Of a stretch of DNA of 14,793 nt, positions 1-8,708 are shown piece after piece. The position numbers and the translations under genes are program-made. Origin of the DNA: Azolla caroliniana (lineage: Eukaryota > Plantae > Polypodiophyta). Under the pieces are notes generated by a model. The model searched no databases, was not told the DNA's origin, and saw only the letters and a list, made by a program, of their open reading frames with translations. Every line of letters starts with the position of its first letter. Positions within the stretch are counted from its first letter, which is position 1. The stretch is from positions 1 through 14,793 of the forward strand of contig JBHGNT010000838.1 in assembly GCA_043228905.1 (NCBI GenBank), written 5' to 3'.

Positions 1-1
1 G

Positions 2-196
2 CCGGATCGTCGCTACGGCTTTCCGGTTCAGGAGCTTCCACTCCGACTCAAGTACCCCTTTCGGTATTTCCGACCTGTCAATCGGTTCGTACAGGTCCCG
101 AACAATCAGAAGATCCTCCATCTTGATCTTCCAGTCGGCGTAATTCTGTGCATTCAGCACCATCATCATCGGCTGCCCGCTGCCGCCGCCTTCCAT
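2..196 (-). CDS. gag: Ty1/copia Gag N-terminus (runs off the left edge of the window)
   Basis: Manual translation from the ATG (cat at 194-196): MEGGGSGQPMMMVLNAQNYADWKIKMEDLLIVRDLYEPIDRSEIPKGVLESEWKLLNRKAVATIR. This matches the plant copia Gag N-terminal pattern LNxxNYxxWKxxMEDLL...W..LNRKAV.TIR. It starts just downstream of the PBS and is not in the ORF track. Confidence 0.9.
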   Translation of the reverse strand, partial: MEGGGSGQPMMMVLNAQNYADWKIKMEDLLIVRDLYEPIDRSEIPKGVLESEWKLLNRKAVATIR

Positions 197-212
197 TTTC
201 TGTGTTACCGTC

Positions 213-224
213 GCTCTGATACCA
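213..224 (-). promoter_or_regulatory. Primer binding site (tRNA-Met-i) of the copia element
   Basis: Minus strand reads TGGTATCAGAGC, 3 nt after the LTR end ...CAACA. Confidence 0.95.
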
Positions 225-227
225 GTT

Positions 228-896
228 TGTTGAAATTCCGTGCTCGGCCACAACCGAGGAACAGGATCGATTCGCAGAAAACGGGAAATACAAGAATGCA
301 CGAAGAACAACAGAGAGAAGAGCACACAGGATGTTTACGTGGAAAACCCTAAATGGGAAAAAACCACGGGAGTCCTCTAACTCCAACTATCACTATACAC
401 AGAGATGTACAATGGTGAGGCTACAAGGCAACAACCTTGAGCTCGCTGTCCTCGCCACAGGCGGCGGTATTACACAGAGGCGTCGACCTCTTCCTTCCCC
501 TTTCTCTCTCTCACTCTCGCTCGGCTGCTCTCACTTCGCTCCCTCTTCGTGGAAAACAAAAAATGAGCAACAACATAAACTGTTTGCCCTAAGTCATATT
601 TATACTTATATGACTTTCGGGCTATTTACAAATATAGCCTCAAGGGCTCTTGGCAAACATATTCACAAATATGTCCCCGCATCCGGATCTCCCTCCGGGT
701 ACATTCAGCATCCGGCTCCGTAGCCGGGGTATTCATCATCCGGCTCCGTAGCCGGAGTCTTCAGCATCCGGCTCGTAGCCGGGTCTTCATCCGGCTTCAT
801 GCCGGGTACCCTTCATCCTCCGGTTCCGTAACCGCAACCGGGCTTGCCGTCATTCGTATCCGGACATCCCATCCGGAGGGACCGTAAATCCCAACA
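228..896 (-). mobile_element. 5' LTR (669 bp) of a young Ty1/copia retrotransposon
   Basis: Termini are TGTTG(228)...CAACA(896), adjacent to the PBS. Minus-strand TATAAATA at 597-604. Plant copia LTR motif CCCGTGGTTTTTTCCC...GGGTTTTCCACG at about 338-370 (minus). Gypsy RT codons resume exactly at 897. Confidence 0.92.
679..877. repeat. Tandem ~26-31-bp palindromic repeats (CCGG-N7-9-CCGG) in the copia U3
   Basis: Units at 704-731, 732-759, 760-785, 786-811 and 812-842 (consensus TTCAGCATCCGGCTCCGTAGCCGGG), with degenerate flanking copies at about 683-698 and 860-876. Confidence 0.9.
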
Positions 897-3234
897 GTCC
901 CGATCAAGGGATGCCCGGTGGAGGAAAGGGACGAGACGATCGGACCAGACGGATGCCGGAAATTCGTGGCAACGCACATCGATGACTGCGAGAAGGTGCT
1001 GCAGAGGTTGGAGGGCGCGAGGCTCACCTTCTCCGGGGGAAAATCGGCCTTCGGGCAATCAGAGATCATGGTCGTCGGACACCTATGCGGGCCGTACGGC
1101 CAGAAACCGTCTCCGGCTAAGGTAGAAGCTCCGCGATGAAGAACGACTGTAGCTCGGTCACGGAGGTTCGGAGGTTCGGAGGTTCAGAGGTTCTTGGGAG
1201 TGTGCGCGTTCTACCACATATGGATCCCACATTACGCTCACGTCGCGGAGCCGTTATACGGGTTGCTGAAAAAGGGGCGAAAATTCGAGTGGAGAGACGA
1301 GCATACGGAGTCTGTCCGGAAGATGAAGGAAGCACTTGCCACGGCTCCGGCGCTCCGAAAGGCTGTCTACGGGAAGAGCACTCCAATTTACGTAACGGTA
1401 GACACGAGTCCGACCGGGATCGGATGGGTCGTCAACCAAGAGGACGAGGACGGCGTGCGTTCCCCGATCCGGTTCGGCGCGAAGGTCCTCAGCGAGCGAC
1501 AGCGAGGATACGCCCAGGTTAAACGCGAGCTCTGGGGTATCGTTTCGGCGGTAAAGGCTGATAAAGACTACCTGATCTGGACAGAGGTAATTATCGAGAC
1601 GGACTGCCTACCGATCCTTGGCATGGTTTCCGGATGCGTGACGCCGGACCTGGCAATGCTCAGGTGGATAGCGTACATCAAGTCCCTAAATCCAAAAATA
1701 CGACACATTTCCGGGAAAGACAACGCCATGGCCGATATGCTTTCAAGGGCGAGGTTCGAAAACGACGGCGGCATGGTTTCAGAGGACGAGGAAGTCGGCG
1801 TGGACTTCTTCAAGGCGGCTTACGTAACAATTGGCAGGGAATGCTCTCCAACGCTTCACGATTTCGACGAGAGCAAGTACGATGGGGAGTGGCTGCAGAT
1901 CGGCGGGTTCCTGAAAACAATGACGTCGGACGCGGCATGGACAACGGACGAGGCCAACCAGATTCGGAAGAAAGCCTACCGATTCTTTCTCCGGGACGGA
2001 TACATATGGAAGCACCCGAAGAAGAGGAACGGCATCCCGCTCCGAGTGGTGGCGAAGAAGGAGGAACAGGAGGATTTGTTGGCGGCGTACCACGATAGCC
2101 CGTGGGCTAGACACCGTGGAACATGGGCCACATTCGAAAAGCTAAAGGGGAAGTACTGGTGGCCGGGACTATACCGGGACGTGCATCGGTTCGTGACGAC
2201 TTGCGAAAGCTGTCAAGTGCACTCCATGATCCGACATCGGGACGAGCTTCACCCGACCTACCCTCCGACCGTCCACTTCAAGTGGATGGTGGATTTGGTG
2301 ACGATGCCAATGGGGGTAGGACAGATGCGGTATATGGTGTTGGCTCGGGAAGATCTAACGAACCAGGTTGAAGGCCGAGCCCTGTAGAACAAGACGACGG
2401 CAGCCGTGTGCCGGTTTTTGATTGAGGACGTAGTATGCCGATACGGGTGCATAGGGAAGATCGTGGCTGACCGTGGTGAGTTGGACGCAGAAGAGGCCGA
2501 AGAGCTGTTCGGCCGGCTAGGAATCAAACTTTCGCTCACCACAGCGTACAATCCGGAGGCGAACGGGAAGGTGGAGCGCGGACACGGGCCAATTGTCAAA
2601 GCGCTAGTACGGGCGTGCGGAGGCCGAGTCGGGGACTGGCCACGGTTGCTACCTTATGCCTTGTGGGCGGACCGGACTACGCACAGTCCGGTAACCAGGT
2701 TCATGTCGGCCGAGCTGATGCTCGGACAGAAGCCGATCATGCCAACAGAGCGAACGATCCCCTCGTGGGCCACGGTGGACTAGAGGGATGAGATGAGCCG
2801 GGAGGTACTGTTGACGGCGCGGATTCGACAGCTCGAACGGAGGCCGGAGGCCGGAGGACGTAGAGCGAGTCACGGAGAAACTTCGAGTAGCGAGGATAAG
2901 GAACAAAGCCCAGTTCGACCGAACACACCGGTCCAGGCCAAGGAAGATCGAGGAAGGCGACTGGGTGCTAGTCTACGACAGCAGCCTCGACAATCAACAC
3001 AGGGCCACGCGGAAGTTTGCGAGGAGGTGGTTCGGGCCTTACGTAGTAACAGGCGCCAACGGCAATGGGATGTACCATCTCGCGGAGCTCGACGGTACGA
3101 GAATGGCGATACCGGTAGCGGGGAAGAGGATCAAAGCATTCAAGAAACGGCACGACGGGGAGACAGAGCTAGGGGGCATGGACAGCGACGACGAGCAGCC
3201 CGAGGCGGAGGATGAACCGGTAAATGAGGAATAA
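897..3234 (+). pseudogene. pol: Ty3/gypsy element A pol (RT C-half, RNase H, integrase), disrupted
   Basis: RT: VPIKGC...KVLQRLEGARLTFSGGKS...TEVRRFLG. RNase H: VTVDTS, KRELWG, IETDC, ADMLSR. Integrase: HHCC (YH..H..CESC), D-D-E (MVDL, ADRG, NGKVER) and GPY (RWFGPYVV). Domain order RT-RH-INT is gypsy; no chromodomain. Lesions: frameshift at about 1130, 8-bp repeat expansion at 1162-1193, stops at 2385-2387 and 2781-2783, 7-bp duplication at 2838-2858. Confidence 0.95.
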
Positions 3235-3293
3235 AAGCAAGGATCGGTTTTCTCCCGTAGGAACCCAATTTTGGCGCATACCGGTGGATGCGC

Positions 3294-3310
3294 GGTTAGG
3301 TGGGGGCGGA
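3294..3310 (+). promoter_or_regulatory. Polypurine tract of gypsy A
   Basis: GGTTAGGTGGGGGCGGA immediately before TGTCG; homologous to 4616-4632. Confidence 0.8.
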
Positions 3311-3991
3311 TGTCGTGAAGAAAATCGTCCCCAGGCGCAAACCGTGTATAGTGTGTGTGAACCGGCCCTTACACGTGGGCACGTCCCTTGTCGTATAGTA
3401 GATAGGTAGGCACAAAGGTTAAATCCTAGGTAGCAATATTCTATAAGGGAAATCAAGGAGTATCTCTGTTCGAAAGGACAGAGAATTAATGTGATGTAAA
3501 CGGGTGAAACGACCTCCCTCCTTGAGCTATAAAAGAGAGGGAGACGGGGGGAGAGAAGACATCGCGCGCTAGAGGGAACGAAGTGTTGTCGGACTGGGAC
3601 CGAGCTCTTCTTCTCTGTCGTTCTCCATAGCTTTCTTTTGTGCAGGCTCTTGAGAGGCTGATTCTGCTCCGTGGAACGCCCGTGTGCTTCCAGCAGAATC
3701 TCCATCTTGCTCTCCTGTGTGTGTGGGTGATCAGGCGTCGGCACCCACCTCGCCGACTTGGTCGGCTGTAACTGTTCGAGTCGTCTGCATACATACAAAT
3801 ACATGCTTATATTTACATACACACTCTAGTGTTCTCAACTCGCGTCTCCTGTGTTGTTGTGACGCGTCCCCGTGTGCTTCTTTGTCTATATGTGAGTGAG
3901 CATCTCTCTCTCTCTTTTCCTCACCTATTCCTCGGTCCAAGACCCCAGTGGACCCGCCTTGTTCTCCATGCACGCGCGTAACAACGCGACA
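3311..3991 (+). mobile_element. 3' LTR of gypsy A (681 bp)
   Basis: TGTCG...CGACA inverted termini, preceded by a PPT, TATAAAA at 3528-3534. Ends are homologous to LTR B. Confidence 0.9.
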
Positions 3992-4632
3992 CCGTGTGGC
4001 ATGCAAGGCCAAGCGGGCAAAAAAGGCATGAATCTGGATGAAGCGATAACGAGAGCCGCGAAGGACACTGACGCGGAGGATGGGATGGAGGTATGCTCTA
4101 CCGCGAGAGAACACGGCGAGCGAGGGAGAAGTGAGGAGCGCGTAATGGGGTCACGTAAGGACCAAAGAACGAGCGCGCATTCGGTGGACAACAACGACAC
4201 ACGGAAAGAGCCTACGGAAGCCGAGTGCGGGATGGAAGGAGTCAACACGAGGTATTCGAGAGGAGGAGACGGTCGAACCAAAGGAGGAACACACGGGGTA
4301 CGCGGTACGCGGAATCCGGCTTGCGATCGGAGTGACCGGGGGCCCAATCAGAGAACATACGTGGCGGACAAAGTCGGGGTGACTGAGTTGGCAACGTCGT
4401 TCGGAAGGACCGATCGGGAAGGATGGCGCGAACGTCGAATATGTTGGATCGGATGGAGCCGGTGGGTCGGGGCAGGTAAGGAACCGGCAAGACGGATCGG
4501 CACCGGCAAGGGACCAGCAAGACGGTCGGGTGTCGGGAAGGCGAAGAACCCGATTGATCACCGTCGCCGAAATCTCTCACCCTTTTCCTTTCTTGGCACG
4601 TACCGGTGGACATGCGGTTTGGTGGGGGTGGA
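3992..4632 (+). mobile_element. 3' internal region and PPT of related gypsy element B
   Basis: 4593-4632 matches 3271-3310 at 33/40 nt. GC- and purine-rich, with one frame open throughout and no recognisable pol motif. Confidence 0.75.
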
Positions 4633-5184
4633 TGTCGTGAAGATTTCCGGTTACAGTGTGAAATCGGGGTGGAATGGGCAAGTCAGTGGTGTGCAACATG
4701 TGCACATGTATACTAGAAAATGGTGTATAGAAATAAGAGGGGAAATTTTATCCCACATTGTAAGGTCCCTCCCTCCTTGGGCTATAAAAGGAAGGGAGGG
4801 GTCACTTATGAAGGGGTTGCCTATTTTGCGTATGAGAGGTATACCACTTAGTCTAGAGTTCTTACCCCTTTAGGGTTAGGGTTTCGTTTAGGGTTTTCTT
4901 CTTCATCTTCTTTACTTGCTTATCGGGTTAGGGTTTTGTTATACCGTTTGGTGCGGCCTATGCGGCCTTGGTTGTAATCTTTGTGAACTCTTAATATAGC
5001 TTGTTGATCTTCTTGCCTTGTGGGTGTATCTTGATTCTATTCTATTCTATGTTTATGTGCTATTCTTCCTCTTCTCCTCTTGAGCTAAGCTTCCATTTTG
5101 TGTCTTATTCCTTCTCCTCTACTCCCTCATCCGAGACTCCCGTGGTCCTGCCCCTTCTACAAGCACGCGCGTAATAACGCGGCA
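4633..5184 (+). mobile_element. 3' LTR of gypsy B (552 bp)
   Basis: Starts TGTCGTGAAGA like LTR A. TATA block CCTCCCTCCTTGGGCTATAAAAG is shared with A. Ends GCACGCGCGTAATAACGCGGCA versus GCACGCGCGTAACAACGCGACA in A. Confidence 0.88.
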
Positions 5185-5490
5185 GTGTGTACTTGTTGTC
5201 ATTGTTACTAGATGAGTTGAAAGAGTGTGAGAGAGTTTGTGGTAACCCTATAACCGTCTGTAGACAAAGAAGAGCTCAAGGTTGTTTCCTCAGAGTCTCT
5301 TATTGTATTCCCCTCGATATAGTGATTATTTGGAGTTTATGGACTCCCGTGGTTTTTCCCTTTTAGGATTTTCCACATTAAATATTGTGCCTCAGTGGTG
5401 TGTGTATTTTTCCATGTTTTCTGTTGTCATTCAATCTCTTGTTATTCCCTCATTGTTGTTTGAGAATCAGTTGTGGCTGACTCCATAATA
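5185..5490 (+). mobile_element. 3' part of an older, decayed copia LTR related to the 228-896 LTR
   Basis: Colinear matches to the reverse complement of 228-480: GAGCTCAAGGTTGTT, TATAGTGAT, TTGGAGTT..GGACTCCCGTGGTTTTTCCC.TTTAGG.TTTTCCAC, and CAGTTGTGGCTGA versus CGGTTGTGGCCGA. No PBS follows, so it is a 3' or solo LTR. Right end is approximate (merges into (TA)n). Confidence 0.85.
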
Positions 5491-5504
5491 TATATATATA
5501 TATA

Positions 5505-5795
5505 AGGATTCACAAAAGTAGCGGGAATATTTACATTTAAAGGTGGATGGAACCCATAAATAGCAAAGAATGATGTTGTGTCGATTGAAGAGTGTATGGT
5601 ATTGTTGTACGCAAACTCGAGAATCAGTAGGATTTGCATCAAATCATCTTGTTGATAGCTCACGATATACTCAGAGATATTACTTGAGGATCTGGTTTAT
5701 CCATTATATTTGAGCATCAATTTTGAGGGTGAAATGCTAGTGACAACTTGGTTGTAGTTTTGAGAAGTTGGACAAGCATTTCCCCAAATTATGTG
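5505..5795 (-). pseudogene. Highly decayed Ty3/gypsy (chromovirus/Tf2-like) integrase fragment
   Basis: Minus-strand translation across frameshifts and stops: LLKTTTKLSLAFHPQ..INQIL..Y..SYQQDDL...LEFAYNNTIHSSIDTTSFFAIYGFHP. This matches the core consensus LSSAFHPQTDGQTERVNQ.LEQYLR...QDDW...AEFAYNN..HSST..TPF.A.YG.HP. Confidence 0.85.
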
Positions 5796-5880
5796 ATAGT
5801 CTATAAAAGTCATTTTTGGTGCTCTTTTGTAGTTCTTCATCACTTTGTCACTTTAGGTTAGAGCTTAAATCTTATTAATT

Positions 5881-5899
5881 TCTCTCTCTCTCTCTCTCT
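5881..5899. repeat. (TC)n microsatellite at the LINE 3' junction
   Basis: Read directly from the sequence. Confidence 0.95.
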
Positions 5900-5997
5900 T
5901 TGGTGAAAACACACAATTATATTAATAAATGTGTGTAAAAAACACTACTTGCAATGGGTGTGACCATGAAGTATGGTCACCCACTAACTACACTACA

Positions 5998-8304
5998 CTA
6001 CATGGGTAGTGGAACATGTTGAATTGCCAATAGGCAAGACGAACACTCCACTGAGGAAAGAATTTCCACTTGTTCCAATAAAGAAAATTGCCACATTAGT
6101 ACTCCCTTCAACTTTCGTAGATATGCTTTCACTCCATGTCTACCATCGAATACAAAAGCGTTGCGCATATTCCAATTATGATGCAATCCCCAATATCTCA
6201 GAAATAGAAAAACGATCTCCATCTCTGACTTTAGGTCCACCTATGTAAATTGTGCAAACATCCACTATCTAGGTGTCAAATAACACTGTGATAAAACTTG
6301 CCAAATTTGAGAAATGTAACTCCAAATCTAAGAAGCAATCGGACATTGTATAAATCGATGAGTACTATCTTCCATTTGAACAGTGCAAAAAAAGCAATTA
6401 CCCGTTGCTAGTCCACGACGCTTTAGAGCTAATCCCAAAGGCAATCCTCCAATCAAAAGTCTCCAAATGAAGACCTTTGCTACAAGTGGCAATTTAGAAT
6501 GCCAACTACGTTGTAAGATTTGCCACCACCCATGATCATATTTGTGTAATATCCATTCTTCTTCAGCCTTAGATGATAACCATCCAAGAGACTCAACAGA
6601 GCGATGATACAAAAGATTAGTAGTCACTTGTAACAACGATGTTTGTCCCTTTAAACACCAATCAATTCACGATTGTTCTCCTATTTGTAGAGGTAAGGGA
6701 CCTTGCATCAATGGAATATTTTGTAGTTGTTGCCAAATAAACCCATAATTAGGCGGAATGCGTAATAATTGTCACACTTCAACAAACGCCAAAATTCTTT
6801 GAGATGGAGCCTCAACTATATCTCCCACCTCTTTGACCCCCAAGCGAAACAAACGATTAAATTGAGAGCACAATCTCTCCTTTCCTGGCCAATATAATAA
6901 CCGAGAAGAAACAAGTAACTCTTTTTGCAAAGAATTACAATGCTCTCTACTAGATGATGGTTTCCATACACATAATAAGAGTGCTTCTTGTCATGAGGTA
7001 ACCAAGTGTTGAACACATGTAGAGCCTGGAATCCTAAGTGAAATACATCCATTTAGTAATTGCCACCATGAAGCTTAATTGTTGTCCTCCCATGCCTTGT
7101 TCTCAATTGTTGAGAGTCGAACTCAACTTCCCATAGATAGGTTTCACACTAGCTCATGGACATGTTGGGCTAGTTTTGTAAATAGTAGAAAGGGAACTTG
7201 CCCTAGCTTAGTTGGTATATAAACCAACACATTGTAACTTAGTTACGGTTGGATGTTTTATGTTTGATGTATTCTTGGTTAATATATAGTTTTTCTATCT
7301 CTGCCTTAAGAGCTCTCTCTCTCTCTCTCCCTCTGTTGCCTCACACACACACACACTCTCAATCTTCTTCTGCTGCATTGCAATCACTCTTGCCTCCCAT
7401 TCCGTTACATCAATGAAATATTGAACAATAGATATCCATGGTTGTGAGTTTGAGCACATGTCTTGTAATAAGGAAAATCTACGAGCCATCATATGCTTAG
7501 ATAAGTTCAATATTCCAGCTCCCCCCATGCGCTTAGGAGTTGCTAGATGATTCCATGCAACCCAAGTGATTCCCATTTTATCCCTCTTCTTCCACAACAA
7601 ATGTCGAAGAGGTTGCAAAATAGAATGCAAAGCCTTCTTTGTCCATGGCATCAATGGCAAGTAATATAATATCATAAGTTCCATAATACATTGTACAACC
7701 TTCAAACGTACATGAAATTGCCAAGATTGTGATTTCCAATACATGAACTTATCCCTCAACTTACTAGACATCCATTCAATCAATTGACCATTTGTAACAT
7801 TCATTCCTAATGGATAGCCCAAGTGTTGAAAAATAGAGCCTTTCTTCACCACGGATCCTTGTCATCCTAAACATTCCAAATCCCTTTAAGTACATGATAT
7901 GAGACTAGACTTCCTCCAATTAATATGTAATCCGGAAGCCAATGCAAATTGGTTCTATACAAGCATCCCCTTCTCAAGATTCTCTCGTGAGGCTTGTAGA
8001 AACGTGAAAGAATCATCTGCCAAAGCTTGTGCAACTAGTTGCCCTCTTGACAAAAGGTGTAGACCCACAATATCACCATTTGTTGCAAGCCTTGATAGCA
8101 TCACTAACAATGGATGAGTAACAATAGCAAACAACAATGGGCTAATAGGGCATCCTTGACGAACCGATCTTGTAAGGGCAATATCTAATGTAACTCCCCC
8201 ATTAAGCATGACTCGAGACACCACATCTTGTCCTAATAAAAATATGAGACGAGACATACGAGGTCCAAAGCCCATTGTATGCATTAACCTAGAAACAAAG
8301 GACC
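5998..8304 (-). pseudogene. LINE ORF2 3' part: reverse transcriptase and zf-RVT CCHC domain
   Basis: SFVSRLMHTMGFG, RSVRQGCPISPLLF, ALADD, FQHLGYPLG, WVAWNHLATPKRMGGAGI, KVFIWRLLIGGLP...CFFC....EDSTHRFIQC. Multiple stops and frameshifts; interrupted by the solo LTR. Confidence 0.92.
7108..7409 (+). mobile_element. Solo LTR (302 bp) with 5-bp TSD TCAAT, inserted in LINE ORF2
   Basis: TGTTG...TTACA, with TCAAT at 7103-7107 and 7410-7414. Removing it rejoins LINE codons QYFI-ENKAW. TATATAAA at 7216-7223. Confidence 0.92.
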
Positions 8305-8551
8305 CGTTGCCCTTCATCAATGGAGACCTATTTCTTTGATGGGGGGGTTGTATAAGATATTTACAAAGGTCTTGGCAAATAGATTACAAAAGTATTTGCC
8401 AAAGTTGATACATCCCGCCCAATATGGTTTTATTGCATGTAGGAATATATTGCATAATGTGTTGATTGTTCAAATGGCCATGGATTATGCTCGAAACACT
8501 CATCAAGAATTGATTATGGTGCAATTAGATTTGGAGAAGGCTTATGATCAT
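8305..8551 (+). pseudogene. Inverted LINE RT segment (early RT domains)
   Basis: WRPISLMGGLYKIFTKVLANRLQ...QYGFIACRNILHNV...LDLEKAYDH; in an intact ORF2 this directly precedes (VNW)SFVSRL. Confidence 0.92.
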
Positions 8552-8584
8552 CTCTATATATCTCTCTCTCTCTTTTTATCGTAA

Positions 8585-8646
8585 TTAGCTTACCTTAGTG
8601 GTAAGTCGATAACACTACAAGCACTGTGTCTTGGGTTCGAAACCCA
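8585..8646 (+). mobile_element. tRNA-derived SINE-like head (Pol III A/B boxes)
   Basis: A-box-like TACCTTAGTGG (8591-8601) and B box GGTTCGAAACC (8634-8644) with T-stem TTGGG/CCCAA. No complete cloverleaf. Confidence 0.6.
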
Positions 8647-8708
8647 ATTTCTTCACCTCTCTATTATATACTTCATATATAATATCTCTATTTCACTAGA
8701 TGCCACTA

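Noticed and set aside
78-723. ORFs 78..386 (-) and 331..723 (+)
   Set aside because: They lie in or across the LTR and PBS; the real gag is in another frame starting at 196.
704-842. CRISPR-like array of ~28-bp palindromic repeats
   Set aside because: Units are contiguous with no unique spacers, lie inside a copia LTR, and have no cas genes nearby.
1125-1195. Compensating or programmed frameshifts restoring pol
   Set aside because: The frame returns to that of 897, but TGA at 1137-1139 interrupts it and further stops follow.
844-3215. Alternative-frame and antisense ORFs overlapping gypsy pol
   Set aside because: Expected shadows of GC-rich coding sequence with no independent motifs.
3992-4010. 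TGGCATGC after LTR A as a PBS, making 3311-5184 one small element
   Set aside because: TGG starts 5 nt from the LTR, I cannot match it to a tRNA end, and LTRs A and B differ in length and most internal sequence.
3169-4873. ORFs 3169..3822 (-) and 3896..4873 (+) as genes
   Set aside because: They cross LTR and insertion junctions, so they are chimeric; only 3992-4632 is kept as a candidate.
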